Source of the DNA: Candidatus Aminicenantes bacterium
GTDB lineage: Bacteria > Acidobacteriota > Aminicenantia > Aminicenantales > JAFGBC01
Assembly (NCBI GenBank): GCA_963702005.1
Contig: OY969696.1
Location: 2,240,001 to 2,304,000, forward strand
Length of the DNA: 64,000 nt
Direction: 5' to 3'
The position numbers and the translations under genes are program-made. The first letter of the stretch is position 1. Each line of letters begins with the position of its first letter. Shown piece by piece: positions 9,170 through 19,773 of this stretch. A model generated the notes under the pieces. The model was not told the DNA's origin and made no database searches. It saw nothing but the letters and a program-made list of their open reading frames with translations.

Positions 9170-10269
9170 TGAAAAAGACATCCCTCCCGTCCTGGCCGCG
9201 CCGACGGACGAGGACCGTCCGGATCGGTCCCGTTCCGGTCGGCGGCGGCGCGCCGATCTCGGTCCAATCCATGACCAAAACGGATACGCGCGACATCGCG
9301 GCGACTCTGCGCCAGATCGAGAGCCTGGGCCGGGCCGGCTGCGAGATCGTCCGGCTGGCCGTCCCCGATCGCCGGGCGGCCCTGGCCCTCAAGGCCATCG
9401 CCAAGGAAGCGGTCCTGCCCCTCATCGCCGACATCCACTTCGACCACCGGCTGGCCCTGGCCGCCCTCGAGGCCGGCGTCGGCGGGCTCCGCATCAACCC
9501 CGGCAACATCGGGTCCAAGGACAAGGTCCGCGAAGTCGTCCGGGCCGCCCGGGAGCGGAAAATCCCGATCCGGATCGGCGTCAACGCCGGCTCCCTCGAG
9601 AAAACGCTCCTGAAGAAATTCGGCGGCCCCGCGCCGCGGGCCCTGGTCGAAAGCGCCCTGGGCCACATCCGGCTTCTCGAGGACCTTGACTTCGACCTTA
9701 TCAAGGTCTCCCTCAAGTCTTCGGACGTCCTGACGGCGCTGGCCGCTTATCGACTGCTTGCCGCAGAGGTCGACTATCCCTTCCACGCCGGAATCACCGA
9801 GGCGGGAGGCCCGGTCTCGGGCGCGGTCGTTTCGGCCGTCGGCCTGAGTTTGCTTCTCCGGGAAGGGCTGGCCGATACGATCCGCGTTTCACTGACGGCG
9901 CCGCCCGAGGAGGAAGTCCGGGTCGGGCATTTGATCCTGGCCGAGATGGGACTCCGGCGCCGCGGGATCCGGGTCATTTCCTGTCCGACCTGCGGCCGCT
10001 GCGAGGTCGATCTCTTGGCCGTCGCGGCCGAGGTCGAGAGCCGCCTGCGCGGGATCGAAGGGGACCTGACCGTGGCCGTCATGGGCTGCACGGTCAACGG
10101 CCCCGGCGAGGCTAAAAAGGCCGACCTGGGGATCGCCTGCGGCCGGGGCGGCGGCGCCTTGTTCAAAAAAGGCCGTTTGCTGAGACGGATTTCCGAAGCC
10201 CGGATTGTGCGCGAGCTCGTCGCCGAGGCCGTCAAGCTCGCGGCCGAGGTCCGGGAGGACAAGGGATGA
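9169..10269 (+). CDS. ispG: (E)-4-hydroxy-3-methylbut-2-enyl-diphosphate synthase
   Basis: VQSMTKT, ADIHFD, RINPGNIG, ISCPTCGR, VMGCTVNGPGE. Confidence 0.97.
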   Translation: MKKTSLPSWPRRRTRTVRIGPVPVGGGAPISVQSMTKTDTRDIAATLRQIESLGRAGCEIVRLAVPDRRAALALKAIAKEAVLPLIADIHFDHRLALAALEAGVGGLRINPGNIGSKDKVREVVRAARERKIPIRIGVNAGSLEKTLLKKFGGPAPRALVESALGHIRLLEDLDFDLIKVSLKSSDVLTALAAYRLLAAEVDYPFHAGITEAGGPVSGAVVSAVGLSLLLREGLADTIRVSLTAPPEEEVRVGHLILAEMGLRRRGIRVISCPTCGRCEVDLLAVAAEVESRLRGIEGDLTVAVMGCTVNGPGEAKKADLGIACGRGGGALFKKGRLLRRISEARIVRELVAEAVKLAAEVREDKG

Positions 10270-11113
10270 GACACCAGTCCGCGACGCGTTGTAAGCTCGA
10301 GAAGCTGAGAGCCGGCTTGTCCGGGATGGAAAAAGTCTTGATTGCATTTTCGGGGGGACGGACTCGACCCTTCTTCTCAAGGTGGCTGCCGACGAGCTGG
10401 GTTCGGGCGTCCTGGCTGTGACCGCCTCCTCCAAAACCTATCCGTCCAGGGAGATCGTAGCCGCCCGCCGGCTGGCCCGTTCATTCGGCGTCCGGCACCG
10501 CGTCATCCAAACCTTGGAGCTGGCCAACCCCGAATTCAGGGCCAACCCGCCGCTCCGCTGTTATCATTGCAAGCGGGAGCTCTTCCGGGCGCTGCGTCGG
10601 ATCGCCGACGAAGAAGGGATCTCCCACGTCCTCGACGGCTCCAACCTCGATGACGGCGCCGATTACCGTCCGGGCGGCCGGGCCGGGAAGGAGCTCGGCG
10701 TCCGCTCGCCGCTTAGGGAAGCGGGGTTGACCAAGGCCGAGATACGCCTCATCTCCCGATCGCTCGGGCTTCCGACCTGGGACAAACCCGCCCTGGCCTG
10801 CCTCGCTTCTCGGTTTCCCTACCACCATCCGATCGATGAGTCGAGCCTGGAGCGCGTCGGGCGGGCCGAGGACTCTCTCCGCCGGCTCGGGTTCAAGCTC
10901 GTCCGCGTCCGCCACCACGGAAGCCTGGCCCGGGTCGAGCTCGACCCCTCCGACATCGCCCGGCTGCTGGATGGAAGCTTACGGAATAAAATATCGCGCC
11001 GGCTCAAGGCCCTCGGATACACCTATGTTTCGCTGGACCTGGATGGGTATCGGACGGGAAGCATGAACGAGACGCTGAAAGCCGGCCTGCGGCGCAAAGC
11101 GCCGGCGCGTTAG
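10266..11113 (+). pseudogene. larE: ATP-dependent sacrificial sulfur transferase LarE, split by a 1-nt frameshift in a G run at 10352-10357 (probably an intact gene with a sequencing error)
   Basis: ATG 10266 reads ...KVLIAFSGG; one extra G restores the PP-loop SGGTDS and joins ORF 10382-11113 (RCYHCK, ACLASRFPY, VRVRHH, LDLDGYRTGSMN). Confidence 0.85.
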
Positions 11114-11163
11114 GGCTCGACCGGGAGGAGGGGGCGGGTGACCGGGACGGCCGGTTTCATGGC

Positions 11164-11199
11164 AAAAAAAAGAAGGGGCAAGCTGGGTGCTTGCCCCTC
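11164..11199 (-). terminator. Intrinsic terminator of tonB-exbB-exbD
   Basis: 10-bp stem AGGGGCAAGC/GCTTGCCCCT followed on the minus strand by a T8 tract. Confidence 0.8.
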
Positions 11200-11257
11200 C
11201 CGGCGAGATTTGCTGGCTAACGTCCGTCAACCAACGCCGGCTTGAAACCGGACGCGT

Positions 11258-11683
11258 CTACTCGGACTTCTCCGTTTTCTTCTCGGTGATGATGCCCAGG
11301 ATATCGATGCCCGCGTCTTTGAGGACGTTGATGACGTCCACGATCTTGCCGAACTCGAGATCCTGGTCGGCCTTGAGGTAGAGCTTCTTTTCGCTGACCG
11401 TCAGGAAGGCCTCTTCCAGGGCCGTCTGGAGGTTCTCCAGGGTCACTGGTTTCGGATCCTGGTTGAGGTACATCGACCCGTCCTTACGTATCGACAAGGC
11501 GACATCGAGCTTGTCGGGCATGTCGATCGTGTTCAGGGCGCTGGGAAGCTTGACGTCGATGCCCTTCTGGACGAGGGGGGTGACGACCATGAAGATGATC
11601 AGGAGGACGAGCAGGACGTCGCAGAGCGGAACGACGTTGGGTTCCGACTTGACCTGTTCCTCGCCCTTGCCACTAAAAGCCAT
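11258..11683 (-). CDS. exbD: Biopolymer transporter ExbD/TolR
   Basis: PNVVPLCDVLLVLLIIFMV transmembrane motif and LKAD in the periplasmic domain. Confidence 0.9.
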   Translation of the reverse strand: MAFSGKGEEQVKSEPNVVPLCDVLLVLLIIFMVVTPLVQKGIDVKLPSALNTIDMPDKLDVALSIRKDGSMYLNQDPKPVTLENLQTALEEAFLTVSEKKLYLKADQDLEFGKIVDVINVLKDAGIDILGIITEKKTEKSE

Positions 11684-11740
11684 GATATGCCTCTCTTTGC
11701 GGAATCCCGCGCGCCCTGGGGGCGCATACGGTCGTTTCGC

Positions 11741-12409
11741 TTATTTTTTCCTTATGAAGTAATCGACGATCTCTGAGGACGTGTTCTCCATCTCGGCCTG
11801 GTAGATCTCGATCTTGCTGTTGAGCAGGTTGTAGCACCAGAGGGCGATGACGGCGACGGCGATTCCGAACGCGGTCGTGATCAGGGCCTCGGAGATACCG
11901 CCGGCGACGGCGCCGATGCCGCCCGAGCCGGTCAGCTGCATGCCTCGGAAGGCGGTGATGATGCCGAAGATCGTCCCGAACAGCCCGATGAAGGGGGCCG
12001 AGGTCGCGATCGTGGCCAGGACGCTGAAGCCGCGCTTAAGGTCCTGGGTGAACAGGGCGGCGGCCCGCGCGCAGCCTCTCGAGGACGACTCGACCTGCTC
12101 CTCGAGGGACAGGCCCGAATCCTTGGCCGCCAGGAACTCATGGATGCCGGCGGCGGTCACGCGGGCCAGGTGGCTGCCTTTATAGTCCTTCTTATTGGAC
12201 AGGTTCAGCGCCTCGTTGATCTTGCCGGCCTTGAGAAGGTCGGCCAGGGCCGGAGCGGCCTGCTTGGACTTGGCCTTGGCGCGGTTGAAGGTCATCATCC
12301 GCTCGATGAAGAAGTAAATGGAGATGATCGACAGAATGATCAAGAGGAAGGCGACGGACTTGGCCACGGCGCCCATCTGCTGCCACATTTCGATCAAGCC
12401 AAATTGCAT
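11741..12409 (-). CDS. exbB: MotA/TolQ/ExbB proton channel
   Basis: LATIATSAPFIGLFGTIFGI and GISEALITTAFGI. Confidence 0.9.
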   Translation of the reverse strand: MQFGLIEMWQQMGAVAKSVAFLLIILSIISIYFFIERMMTFNRAKAKSKQAAPALADLLKAGKINEALNLSNKKDYKGSHLARVTAAGIHEFLAAKDSGLSLEEQVESSSRGCARAAALFTQDLKRGFSVLATIATSAPFIGLFGTIFGIITAFRGMQLTGSGGIGAVAGGISEALITTAFGIAVAVIALWCYNLLNSKIEIYQAEMENTSSEIVDYFIRKK

Positions 12410-12465
12410 GTTGAGAACCTCCTATTAAATCTCTAAAGCCATGGACAGCTTTTCTATATATATAG

Positions 12466-13272
12466 TTATTTCAATTGGAATCGAACGGTCACGGTGAAGA
12501 TGACGCCGCGCGGCTTACCGTTGATGATCATCGGCTCGTAGACCCACTGCTTGACGGCGTCGATGGCCGCCTGGTCCAGGAGCGGAATCGAGCGCAGGAC
12601 CTTCCAGCGGATGACGCGGCCGTAGATGTCGGTCACGGCCTCGATAATGACGATCCCCTCGACCCGCGCCTGACGGGCGATCTCGGGATAGATCGGCGGG
12701 ACTTCCTTGAGGAGCCTGGGCGGCTTGATTTCGCCCACGGCTCGGATCGGGGCCTCGACTTCGCCCACCACCCCGCCCAGGACGCCGCCCACGACGCCTC
12801 CCAGGACGCCGCCCACGACGCCGCCCTCGACGCCGCCCTCGACACCGCCCTCGACGCCCAGGTCGGAGACCTGCTCTTCGGCGATCTCCTGGGGGACCTC
12901 GACCGGGGCGACCAGCCGGCCCGGGGTCACCGTCGACTGGGCCTGGACCGGTTTGATCCGCGTCCGCGCCTGCGAGCTGGCCCGCTTCTTGGCCGGAGGA
13001 GGCGGCGGAGGCGGAGGAGGAGGCGGAGGCGCCAGGAAGGCGCTGTAGACTTCAACCTTGGGAAGCTCGCTCGTGGAGAGGAGCGGGATGACGATGACGG
13101 CGATGACGGCCAACGCATGGAGGATGAACGCGATCGGGAAGGCGATCGCTTTGCGACCGGCGCCCTTCGAGCCGACGAAGAAAGAGTCGCGGAACAGCTC
13201 GGGGACGACCTCCTCTTTCTTGACGGGGACGGGCGGCTTGGCCGCTTTCGGCTTTGTCGTCTTTTCAGCCAT
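12466..13272 (-). CDS. tonB: Energy transducer TonB
   Basis: TM helix with His, poly-Pro linker, GGV repeats, C-terminal YPEIARQARVEGIV...AVKQW. Confidence 0.9.
   Translation of the reverse strand: MAEKTTKPKAAKPPVPVKKEEVVPELFRDSFFVGSKGAGRKAIAFPIAFILHALAVIAVIVIPLLSTSELPKVEVYSAFLAPPPPPPPPPPPPAKKRASSQARTRIKPVQAQSTVTPGRLVAPVEVPQEIAEEQVSDLGVEGGVEGGVEGGVVGGVLGGVVGGVLGGVVGEVEAPIRAVGEIKPPRLLKEVPPIYPEIARQARVEGIVIIEAVTDIYGRVIRWKVLRSIPLLDQAAIDAVKQWVYEPMIINGKPRGVIFTVTVRFQLK
12766..12859 (-). repeat. Coding 12-nt tandem repeats (GGV[E/V/L] x ~8) in the TonB linker
   Basis: GVEGGVEGGVEGGVVGGVLGGVVGGVLGGVVG in the translation. Confidence 0.8.
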
Positions 13273-13316
13273 GTGTTACCTCGTTGTCAAAAATTGACTC
13301 AGAGAAGGTAGGATAA

Positions 13317-13345
13317 AGTATAAAGAAAATCCTCCGTTTTGACAA
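13317..13345 (-). promoter_or_regulatory. Sigma70-type promoter upstream of tonB
   Basis: Minus strand TTGTCA-17 nt-TATACT. Confidence 0.6.
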
Positions 13346-13354
13346 CACTTTTTT

Positions 13355-14518
13355 TTATTTTTTAATCCCTTTTTGGGGCGCGAAAATCTTGTACCAGAAC
13401 AGGACGACCGGGCAGGACATGAATATGGTCGAATAGACGCCTTCGATCGTGCCGATGAGCATGATGAAAGCGAAATCGTTGATGACCTCGCCGCCGAACA
13501 GGTAGAGGGCGAGCAGGGTCAGGAAGACCGTGCCCGACGTGATCAGGGTCCGGCCCAGGCACTGGTTGACGGCCAGGTTCATGACGGATTCCAGGGACTC
13601 CCGCCGCATGATTTTCTGGTTCTCCCGGACCCGGTCGAAGATGACGATCGTGTCGTTGATCGAGTAGCCGACGATGGTCAGGATGGCGGCGATGATGGGC
13701 AGGTTGATCTCGCGGTTCGTGAAGGTGAAGATGCTCATCGTGATCAGGACGTCCTGGGTCAGCGTGAAGATGGCGGCGACGCCGTAGGCGAGTTTGAAGC
13801 GGACGGCGATGTAGACGAGCATCCCGATCAAGGCCCAGATCGTGGCCTGGGTCGCCTTGCGCCGGAGGTCCTTGCCGACCTGGGGCCCGACCGTCTCCCG
13901 GCTTAAAACCGTGAGCGACCCGAGGTAGGTCTTGCCCTTGAGATAGCTGACGACGTCATCGCCGACGCCGGAATCCTTAAGCTCGTTGAAGTCGGCGAAG
14001 ACGCCCTTCAGGTTTCGCTGGGCGACGACCTTCTTCGCGAGGTCCTCGCCCCGTTCGGGGTAGGCGACGGACAGCAGGTTGGTCAGGCTCTTGAGGTCGA
14101 GATTGTTGAGGTCGCTCTGACCCGGAGCCGGGGCGGCTTTGCCCGCCGCGCTGCGGAGGGTCTCGACGATCCGGTCGGCCAACTTTTCATGGGCCTCCAT
14201 TTCCTGCTGTTCGTCGGCGTTCTTGACGACCTGGGTTGTTCGGACCTGGTATTCCCGGCCGGCATGGCCTTTGCCGGTTTCCTGAATGACGGAGTTCCCC
14301 AGGCCGGCGTCCTTGAAAATCTGGCGGATCCGGCCGATCTCGACCGGCTCCTTGTATATGACCCGGAGGAGCGTCCCGCCGCCGAAGTCCACGCCCGGCT
14401 TGAGGCCGTGGCCGACCGTGATGTTGAGAATCCCGGCCAGGACGATGAGGCCCGTCGCGGCCAGGCAGGAGTATTTGTATTTCATAAACGGGATGTGGGG
14501 TGTTTTGAAGAGTTGCAT
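13355..14518 (-). CDS. secF: Protein translocase subunit SecF (with extra periplasmic insert)
   Basis: GVDFGGG, VGPQVG, GYSINDTIVIFDRVRE, RTLITS. Confidence 0.95.
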   Translation of the reverse strand: MQLFKTPHIPFMKYKYSCLAATGLIVLAGILNITVGHGLKPGVDFGGGTLLRVIYKEPVEIGRIRQIFKDAGLGNSVIQETGKGHAGREYQVRTTQVVKNADEQQEMEAHEKLADRIVETLRSAAGKAAPAPGQSDLNNLDLKSLTNLLSVAYPERGEDLAKKVVAQRNLKGVFADFNELKDSGVGDDVVSYLKGKTYLGSLTVLSRETVGPQVGKDLRRKATQATIWALIGMLVYIAVRFKLAYGVAAIFTLTQDVLITMSIFTFTNREINLPIIAAILTIVGYSINDTIVIFDRVRENQKIMRRESLESVMNLAVNQCLGRTLITSGTVFLTLLALYLFGGEVINDFAFIMLIGTIEGVYSTIFMSCPVVLFWYKIFAPQKGIKK

Positions 14519-14519
14519 G

Positions 14520-16064
14520 TTAGATGCTCAGCCTCTTAGCGGTCTTGGGGACCGTCAAGTCGAAGATGAGATGCGAGACGTAGACGGCCGTGAGCACGTT
14601 GGCGACCAGGCCGATGATGAGCGTCACGGCGTAGCCCTTGATCGGTCCCGTCCCGAACTGAAAAAGGAAAATAGCCGAAATGATCGTCGTCAGGTTCGAG
14701 TCGAAGATCGCGCTGAAGGCCCGGTTAAACCCCTGGACGATCGAGTTGAGGACGGTCTTGCCCAGGGCCAACTCTTCCTTCATCCGTTCGAAGACGAGGA
14801 CGTTGGCGTCGACGGACATGCCTATGCTGAGGATGATGCCGGCGATGCCGGGCAGGGTCAGGGTGGCTCGAAAATAGGCAAGGGCTCCGAACAGAATGAG
14901 GACGTTCATGATCAGGGCCGCCACGGCGTTCATGCCCGCGAGCTTATAGTAGAAGATCATAAAAGACATGACGGCGATGATGGCAACCAGCCCGGCCAGG
15001 AGCCCCTGGCGGACCGAATCGGCGCCCAGGGAGGGGCCGATCGTCCGCTCTTCGAGGTAATTGATCCTGGCCGGCAGGGCTCCGGCCTTCAGGACGACGA
15101 CGAGGTCGTCGGCCTCCTCGAGCGTGAACCCGCCCTGGATGATGCCGCCCTGGTTGCGGTCGATCTGGGCGTGGACGACGGGCGAGGACTGGACCCGATC
15201 GTCCAGGACGATGGCGATCTGTTTGCCGATGTTCTCGCCGGTCACCTTCTCGAAGCGGGCCCCGCCATCGGGATTCAGGGTGAAGGAAACGGCCGGGTTG
15301 TTCCACTCGTCGGTCCCGCGGCGGATGGTCCGCAGATCGCGGCCGGTCACGGTAGCGACCTTGTCGAGGAGGTAGTAGCCGGCATGACCCCGCTTGGGGT
15401 CGCCCTTGACGACCTGGGCATCCTCGGGAACCTTGCCGCCGAACGCCTGGAGAAGGGCCGCTTCGTCGGGGGCCGGTCCGGCCTTGACCAGCTTCCACTC
15501 GAGGATGGCCGTGACCTTGATCAGGTCCTTAATGCGGCCCGGGTCGTCGACGCCGGGAAGCTCGACGATGATCCGCTCGCTGCCCTGGCGCTGGATGAGA
15601 GGCTCCGAGACGCCGTACTGGTCCACCCGGTTCCGGATGGTCTCGAGGGTCTGAGTGACGGCCTGGTCTCTGAGGAAGATGACGGCGGGCTGCTTCAGGG
15701 AGAAAACGGCCCGCTCCCCGCTGAAGCTGTACTCCCAGTCCCGGGCGTACTCGTCCATGATCTCCCGGATCTTGCCTTCCTGGTCCGCGTCGTATCCGGC
15801 CATGAAGAAGCGGCCCGGCCGTTCCTTGGTCATGGTTTGGAAGGAAATAGCGTTTTTCTTGAGCTGCTCCTGGAAGCGGGCGATCTCCTGGTCGGTCTCG
15901 ATGTTGATGGCGTCTTCCGTCATGACCTGGATGGCGAGGTGGATACCGCCCTTGAGGTCGAGGCCGAGCTTGATCTTTTTTTGATTATAAGGATAGGCGA
16001 GAGCGATGGCGCCGATCAGGACGGCCAGGGTCAGGATGGCCTTCCACTGGAGGTTCTTTCTCAT
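14520..16064 (-). CDS. secD: Protein translocase subunit SecD
   Basis: LGLDLKGG, RVDQYGVSEP, IGPSLG, GMSVDANVLVFER, DSNLTT. Confidence 0.97.
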   Translation of the reverse strand: MRKNLQWKAILTLAVLIGAIALAYPYNQKKIKLGLDLKGGIHLAIQVMTEDAINIETDQEIARFQEQLKKNAISFQTMTKERPGRFFMAGYDADQEGKIREIMDEYARDWEYSFSGERAVFSLKQPAVIFLRDQAVTQTLETIRNRVDQYGVSEPLIQRQGSERIIVELPGVDDPGRIKDLIKVTAILEWKLVKAGPAPDEAALLQAFGGKVPEDAQVVKGDPKRGHAGYYLLDKVATVTGRDLRTIRRGTDEWNNPAVSFTLNPDGGARFEKVTGENIGKQIAIVLDDRVQSSPVVHAQIDRNQGGIIQGGFTLEEADDLVVVLKAGALPARINYLEERTIGPSLGADSVRQGLLAGLVAIIAVMSFMIFYYKLAGMNAVAALIMNVLILFGALAYFRATLTLPGIAGIILSIGMSVDANVLVFERMKEELALGKTVLNSIVQGFNRAFSAIFDSNLTTIISAIFLFQFGTGPIKGYAVTLIIGLVANVLTAVYVSHLIFDLTVPKTAKRLSI

Positions 16065-16077
16065 GGCCGGTCCGTCC

Positions 16078-16422
16078 TTATTGGACTTCGGGTTTTTCGC
16101 CTTGCCCCAGTATGACTCCCACGGCGCTCTTGGTGATGTCGATCTTGACGTTGGACGCGATCTTGAGCTCGATCTTGTCTTGCTGGACGCCCATCACCGT
16201 GCCGAAGATCCCGCCCGAAGTGATGACCCGGTCCCCGGGCTTGAGGTTGCTGACCAGATCCTGGTGCTTTTTTTGCTTTCTCCGGGTCGGCATGATGATG
16301 AGAAGGTAGAAGACGACGAAGACCAGCAGGAAGGGGACGAGCGCGGTCAGCATGCTCCCCTGGGGGGGACGCTGCCCGGGTGCCGCCTGCTGGAGGAGTC
16401 CGAAAAAGCCCCCGAACATCAT
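16078..16422 (-). CDS. yajC: Preprotein translocase subunit YajC
   Basis: Single TM helix, LKPGDRVITSGGIFGTV; lies between tgt and secD. Confidence 0.95.
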   Translation of the reverse strand: MMFGGFFGLLQQAAPGQRPPQGSMLTALVPFLLVFVVFYLLIIMPTRRKQKKHQDLVSNLKPGDRVITSGGIFGTVMGVQQDKIELKIASNVKIDITKSAVGVILGQGEKPEVQ

Positions 16423-16445
16423 TCGCGTTTCCTTTCTTTATAGAT

Positions 16446-18640
<2,195 letters not shown>

Positions 18641-18665
18641 GCCATAAGTAGAACTTGAACCATGG

Positions 18666-18936
18666 ATCCTGTCAAGAACTTCCATCAGAAAAGGACCAGA
18701 GGGCATTGAAAGCGGGCTTCGCTCCCGGTTCCGGTCCAGATCGCCTAAGCCGTCCGTCTTCCTTAGCTCCTGCGGGCCCGGCACCAGGCAGTCATGATTT
18801 TTAATATTTCTTCTTAAAGGTGCCCATCCAGGTGCCTTGTGTCCTCGGAGGCCTTCGGCTCCCCTCGTCAGACGGACCTCTTAGGCTGACCTCCACATGG
18901 TCGCTTCATCCCGCTTCAATGCCCTCTTGTCAGGAC
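18666..18936. ncRNA. Candidate long rod-like structured non-coding RNA (6S-like architecture; identity and strand unresolved)
   Basis: Nested pairings 18698-18716/18910-18927, 18743-18759/18870-18886 and 18780-18785/18831-18836 around an AT-rich loop, in the ychF/lepB intergenic region. Confidence 0.5.
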
Positions 18937-18948
18937 ATCGAAACTCTA

Positions 18949-18977
18949 TTGCCCAATGGCCCGTTTTTGGTTATAGT
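18949..18977 (+). promoter_or_regulatory. Sigma70-type promoter upstream of lepB
   Basis: TTGCCC-17 nt-TATAGT. Confidence 0.55.
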
Positions 18978-18998
18978 AGGCCTTCAACCGAGTGACCC

Positions 18999-19763
18999 AT
19001 GAGCGAAACCAAACCGAACCCTAAGACGACGGACAAAGCCGCCCCGGCCAAGACCCCCCGAAAAACCCGCAAAAAAAAGATCCGGGAAAAAAGCGTCCAG
19101 CGGGAATATTTCGAGCTCATCGTCGAGACGGCCGTCTTCGTCTTCTTCGTCATGACCTTCGTCGTCCAGGCCTTCCAAATCCCGACCGGCTCGATGGAGC
19201 CAACTCTCCTCATCGGCGACTTCCTCCTCGTCAACAAGTTCGCCTACGCCCGGCCCAAGTCGGGCTTTGAGGATTTTCTGCTTCCCAACCGACCCCTGAA
19301 GCGCCACAACATCGTCGTCTTCAAGTATCCTCAGGAGCTGACCAAGGATTACGTCAAGCGGGTCGTCGCCCTCGAGGGCGAGAAGGTTGAGATCAAGGAC
19401 AAGCAGGTCTTTGTCAACGATCAGCCCATCCAGGAGCCGTTCAAGGTCCACAGCGACAGTCAGATTTTCAGCAAGAGCGATTCTTTCCAGTACGACGACC
19501 TCATCCGCGACAACTACGGTCCGATCACCGTCCCGCCCGGGCACTTATTCGTGATGGGGGACAACCGGGATAACTCCTATGACAGCCGCTATTGGGGATT
19601 CCTTCCCCTGAGCTACCTCAAGGGGCGGCCCTGGATGATCTATTTTTCCTATGAGGCCGAACGAAACGCCTACCTCCAGACATCGCTGCGCGACAGGCTA
19701 AAAAAGATCGCGACCTTTCTTCCCAAGGCCCGCTGGCGCCGGATGCTCAAGGTCATTAAGTAG
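18999..19763 (+). CDS. lepB: Signal peptidase I
   Basis: IPTGSMEPTL (catalytic Ser), YVKRVV (catalytic Lys), MGDNRDNSYDSRYWG. Confidence 0.96.
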   Translation: MSETKPNPKTTDKAAPAKTPRKTRKKKIREKSVQREYFELIVETAVFVFFVMTFVVQAFQIPTGSMEPTLLIGDFLLVNKFAYARPKSGFEDFLLPNRPLKRHNIVVFKYPQELTKDYVKRVVALEGEKVEIKDKQVFVNDQPIQEPFKVHSDSQIFSKSDSFQYDDLIRDNYGPITVPPGHLFVMGDNRDNSYDSRYWGFLPLSYLKGRPWMIYFSYEAERNAYLQTSLRDRLKKIATFLPKARWRRMLKVIK

Positions 19764-19773
19764 AGACGCGCCG

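Noticed and set aside
12990-13035. GGA/GGC trinucleotide run as a contingency (phase-variable) repeat
   Set aside because: It is an in-frame poly-proline linker typical of TonB, with mixed codons
18641-18784. N-terminal extension of YchF given by the ORF track (start 18784)
   Set aside because: The P-loop begins right after ATG 18640; the extension overlaps the promoter and the structured element
18760-18790. SRP RNA helix 8 (minus strand GCCGGGCCCGCAGGAGC)
   Set aside because: Lacks the conserved CAGG...GNRA...AGCAG arrangement and is not at the apex of the rod
18840-18880. Hammerhead ribozyme (minus strand CTGACGA followed by a hairpin)
   Set aside because: The required GAAA after stem II is GAGG, and no NUH cleavage triplet precedes the stem I partner
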